From: a bacterium
GTDB lineage: Bacteria > Babelota > Babeliae > Babelales > RVW-14
DNA: 41,327 nt
Reading direction: 5' to 3'
NCBI GenBank assembly: GCA_043822925.1
Contig: JBDRBF010000024.1
Location: 1-41,327 of the forward strand
Below the pieces are notes generated by a model. It did no database searches, was not told the DNA's origin, and saw nothing but the letters and a program-made list of their open reading frames with translations. Shown piece by piece: positions 39,741-41,327 of this stretch; the stretch's first letter is position 1, and every line of letters starts with the position of its first letter. Both the position numbers and the translations under genes were made by a program.

Positions 39741-39801
39741 TGGATCCCAGTCCAGCCGTCACCCTAGATGGCTATAGCGGCCAGGCGAGTCTGAGATTAC
39801 A
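39741..39801. repeat. nested repeat: degenerate family A host with family C insert (39752-39785)
   Basis: Reverse complement tgtaatctcagactcg[cctggccgctatagccatctagggtgacggctgg]actgggatcca. Confidence 0.75.
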
Positions 39802-39821
39802 ATATAAAACAGGAGAGTAAT

Positions 39822-41327
39822 ATGAAGAAGCGTCTTTTACTATTTCTATGTTTATTTACTACACTATTTTTTACACAACAAAAAATACACGCGTCATTTT
39901 TTAATCCATCACCATATCAACAAGATTTTGGTGCAGCAGCATACGCCGCCCGCTGGAACACAACGGGCACGCATCTGGCCATTGGAGGCTCAAACTTTCC
40001 ACACGATCTGACTATCTATGAATTTGACGATGTATACATGAAGCAAAAAGCTACACAGAATTTTGGTGCCGGCGTATACGCAATCGACTGGACACCAAAC
40101 GAACAATATCTTGCAGTCGCGGGAAAAAATGGCGTTCAAGCGCTTGCTATTTATAATTGGGATGGCGTAGACCTAACACTTACCACATCAAAATATCACG
40201 GAACCCAGGCCAACGCTGTTGCATGGAGCCCAAACGGCACCACGCTTGCGGTTGGCGGGCTGTGGGGAAATAAAGAACTTGTTATATATAATTGGGATGG
40301 CTCAAGCACCCTCACGCTCACAACATCACAACATCACGGCACACAAGTAAACGCTCTGGCCTGGCACCCTTCTGGAGAAAAACTTGCAGTCGCCGGCACA
40401 TATGGGGCACAAAATCTTATACTTTATAACTGGAACGGTTCACTCCTGACAACAGCTGAAACCAAAAATCACGGCACTCAAGCATGCGCTCTGGCCTGGA
40501 ATAATGCAGGCACACATCTTGCTATAGCAGGAGACAACAATACGTACGACGTAATTATTTACGCCCTTAGTGGATCAACACTCACGCTTACAACTGCTAT
40601 TTCTTTTGGCACACAAGCAAATACACTCAGCTGGTCTTTTGATGACCGATACTTAACTGTCGGCGGCAATTATGACAGCACTGATTTAATTACATACGAA
40701 TGGAACGGCTCAACACTCACTAAAATCTATAATTCACAAGCAAGTTATGGCAATAACGTCTATGGCGTACACTGGAGCCCACATGCAAATTATCTTGCCG
40801 TCTCAGGTGATAATAATTTAAGCGATTTTTCTCTCTATACAAATCACGGGTATTTAAATGGCACAAAAAATAACGTAACTATTGCTGACCACTATTTATT
40901 CACGAACGGCGGCTACGTACAAGATCACGTTAATATTACAAACGGCTGCACCATCCTACCCGGACAAAAACTTAAAGTCGCACTACTTACACCACTCTCT
41001 GGTGGCCTTGATTTACGCGATACAGGCATATTACAACTTGAAGACGATCTATATCTAGATTCAAACGTTACGCTTTCAGCTGGTTGCTATATTAATGGCC
41101 AAAATCACGCAATTTATTTGGGCAATAATTTAACAATACCGGACAACGCTATTATACACATTACAAACAACACAATTATAGATGGTAATGGACATAATTT
41201 ACTTTTGGGAAACAGAAGCCAATTATTTGTGGACTCAAACGTTACACTTACACTCAGAAATATAACGCTCAAAAATACATTTAATAATCAAAGCATACTA
41301 CCAATCGGCATGAAAAGCATGACAAGC
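39822..41327 (+). CDS. secreted WD40/beta-propeller protein, paralog of 35800-38958 (3' end outside window)
   Basis: Not in the ORF track. AGGAGAG RBS; MKKRLLLFLCLFTTLFFTQQKIHA signal peptide; WNTTG/WTPNE/WSPNG repeats; SQLFVDSNVTLTLRNITL matches SQILVDTNVTLTLRNITI in the paralog. Confidence 0.88.
   Translation, partial: MKKRLLLFLCLFTTLFFTQQKIHASFFNPSPYQQDFGAAAYAARWNTTGTHLAIGGSNFPHDLTIYEFDDVYMKQKATQNFGAGVYAIDWTPNEQYLAVAGKNGVQALAIYNWDGVDLTLTTSKYHGTQANAVAWSPNGTTLAVGGLWGNKELVIYNWDGSSTLTLTTSQHHGTQVNALAWHPSGEKLAVAGTYGAQNLILYNWNGSLLTTAETKNHGTQACALAWNNAGTHLAIAGDNNTYDVIIYALSGSTLTLTTAISFGTQANTLSWSFDDRYLTVGGNYDSTDLITYEWNGSTLTKIYNSQASYGNNVYGVHWSPHANYLAVSGDNNLSDFSLYTNHGYLNGTKNNVTIADHYLFTNGGYVQDHVNITNGCTILPGQKLKVALLTPLSGGLDLRDTGILQLEDDLYLDSNVTLSAGCYINGQNHAIYLGNNLTIPDNAIIHITNNTIIDGNGHNLLLGNRSQLFVDSNVTLTLRNITLKNTFNNQSILPIGMKSMTS

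Noticed and set aside
39502-39762. Short minus-strand ORFs here and at 35703-35888 sharing FSYSRE..HLENK
   Set aside because: The similarity is explained by the duplicated promoter block on the opposite strand.

Overview
AT-rich bacterial chromosome segment with no rRNA, complete tRNA, CRISPR array or transposase that I can recognise. Many signal-peptide hypothetical proteins, large WD40/beta-propeller proteins and Rickettsia/Wolbachia-like palindromic repeats suggest a protist-associated intracellular bacterium, possibly Candidatus Dependentiae/TM6 (inference only). Housekeeping genes include lgt-dnaG-rpoD, truA-cdsA, a phosphomannomutase, nfo, rplU and three ABC systems. The most notable observations are: (1) a cluster of apparently exported nucleotide-processing enzymes, made of a 2H-phosphoesterase/macrodomain fusion, an alpha/beta hydrolase and a second macrodomain paralog; (2) a nested palindromic-repeat system in which one small hairpin family sits inside copies of two other hairpin families six times, with one host copy translated in frame inside cdsA; (3) an unannotated 26-codon ORF ending Trp-Ser-Trp upstream of a TrpXYZ-like ABC importer, a candidate attenuator; (4) a promoter-terminator-bounded ~60-nt RNA carrying an anti-SD motif; (5) a secreted kinase-like protein; (6) a 257-bp REPIN-like multi-hairpin element; and (7) a collapsed higBA locus. 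All family assignments come from reading motifs by eye; no searches were run.
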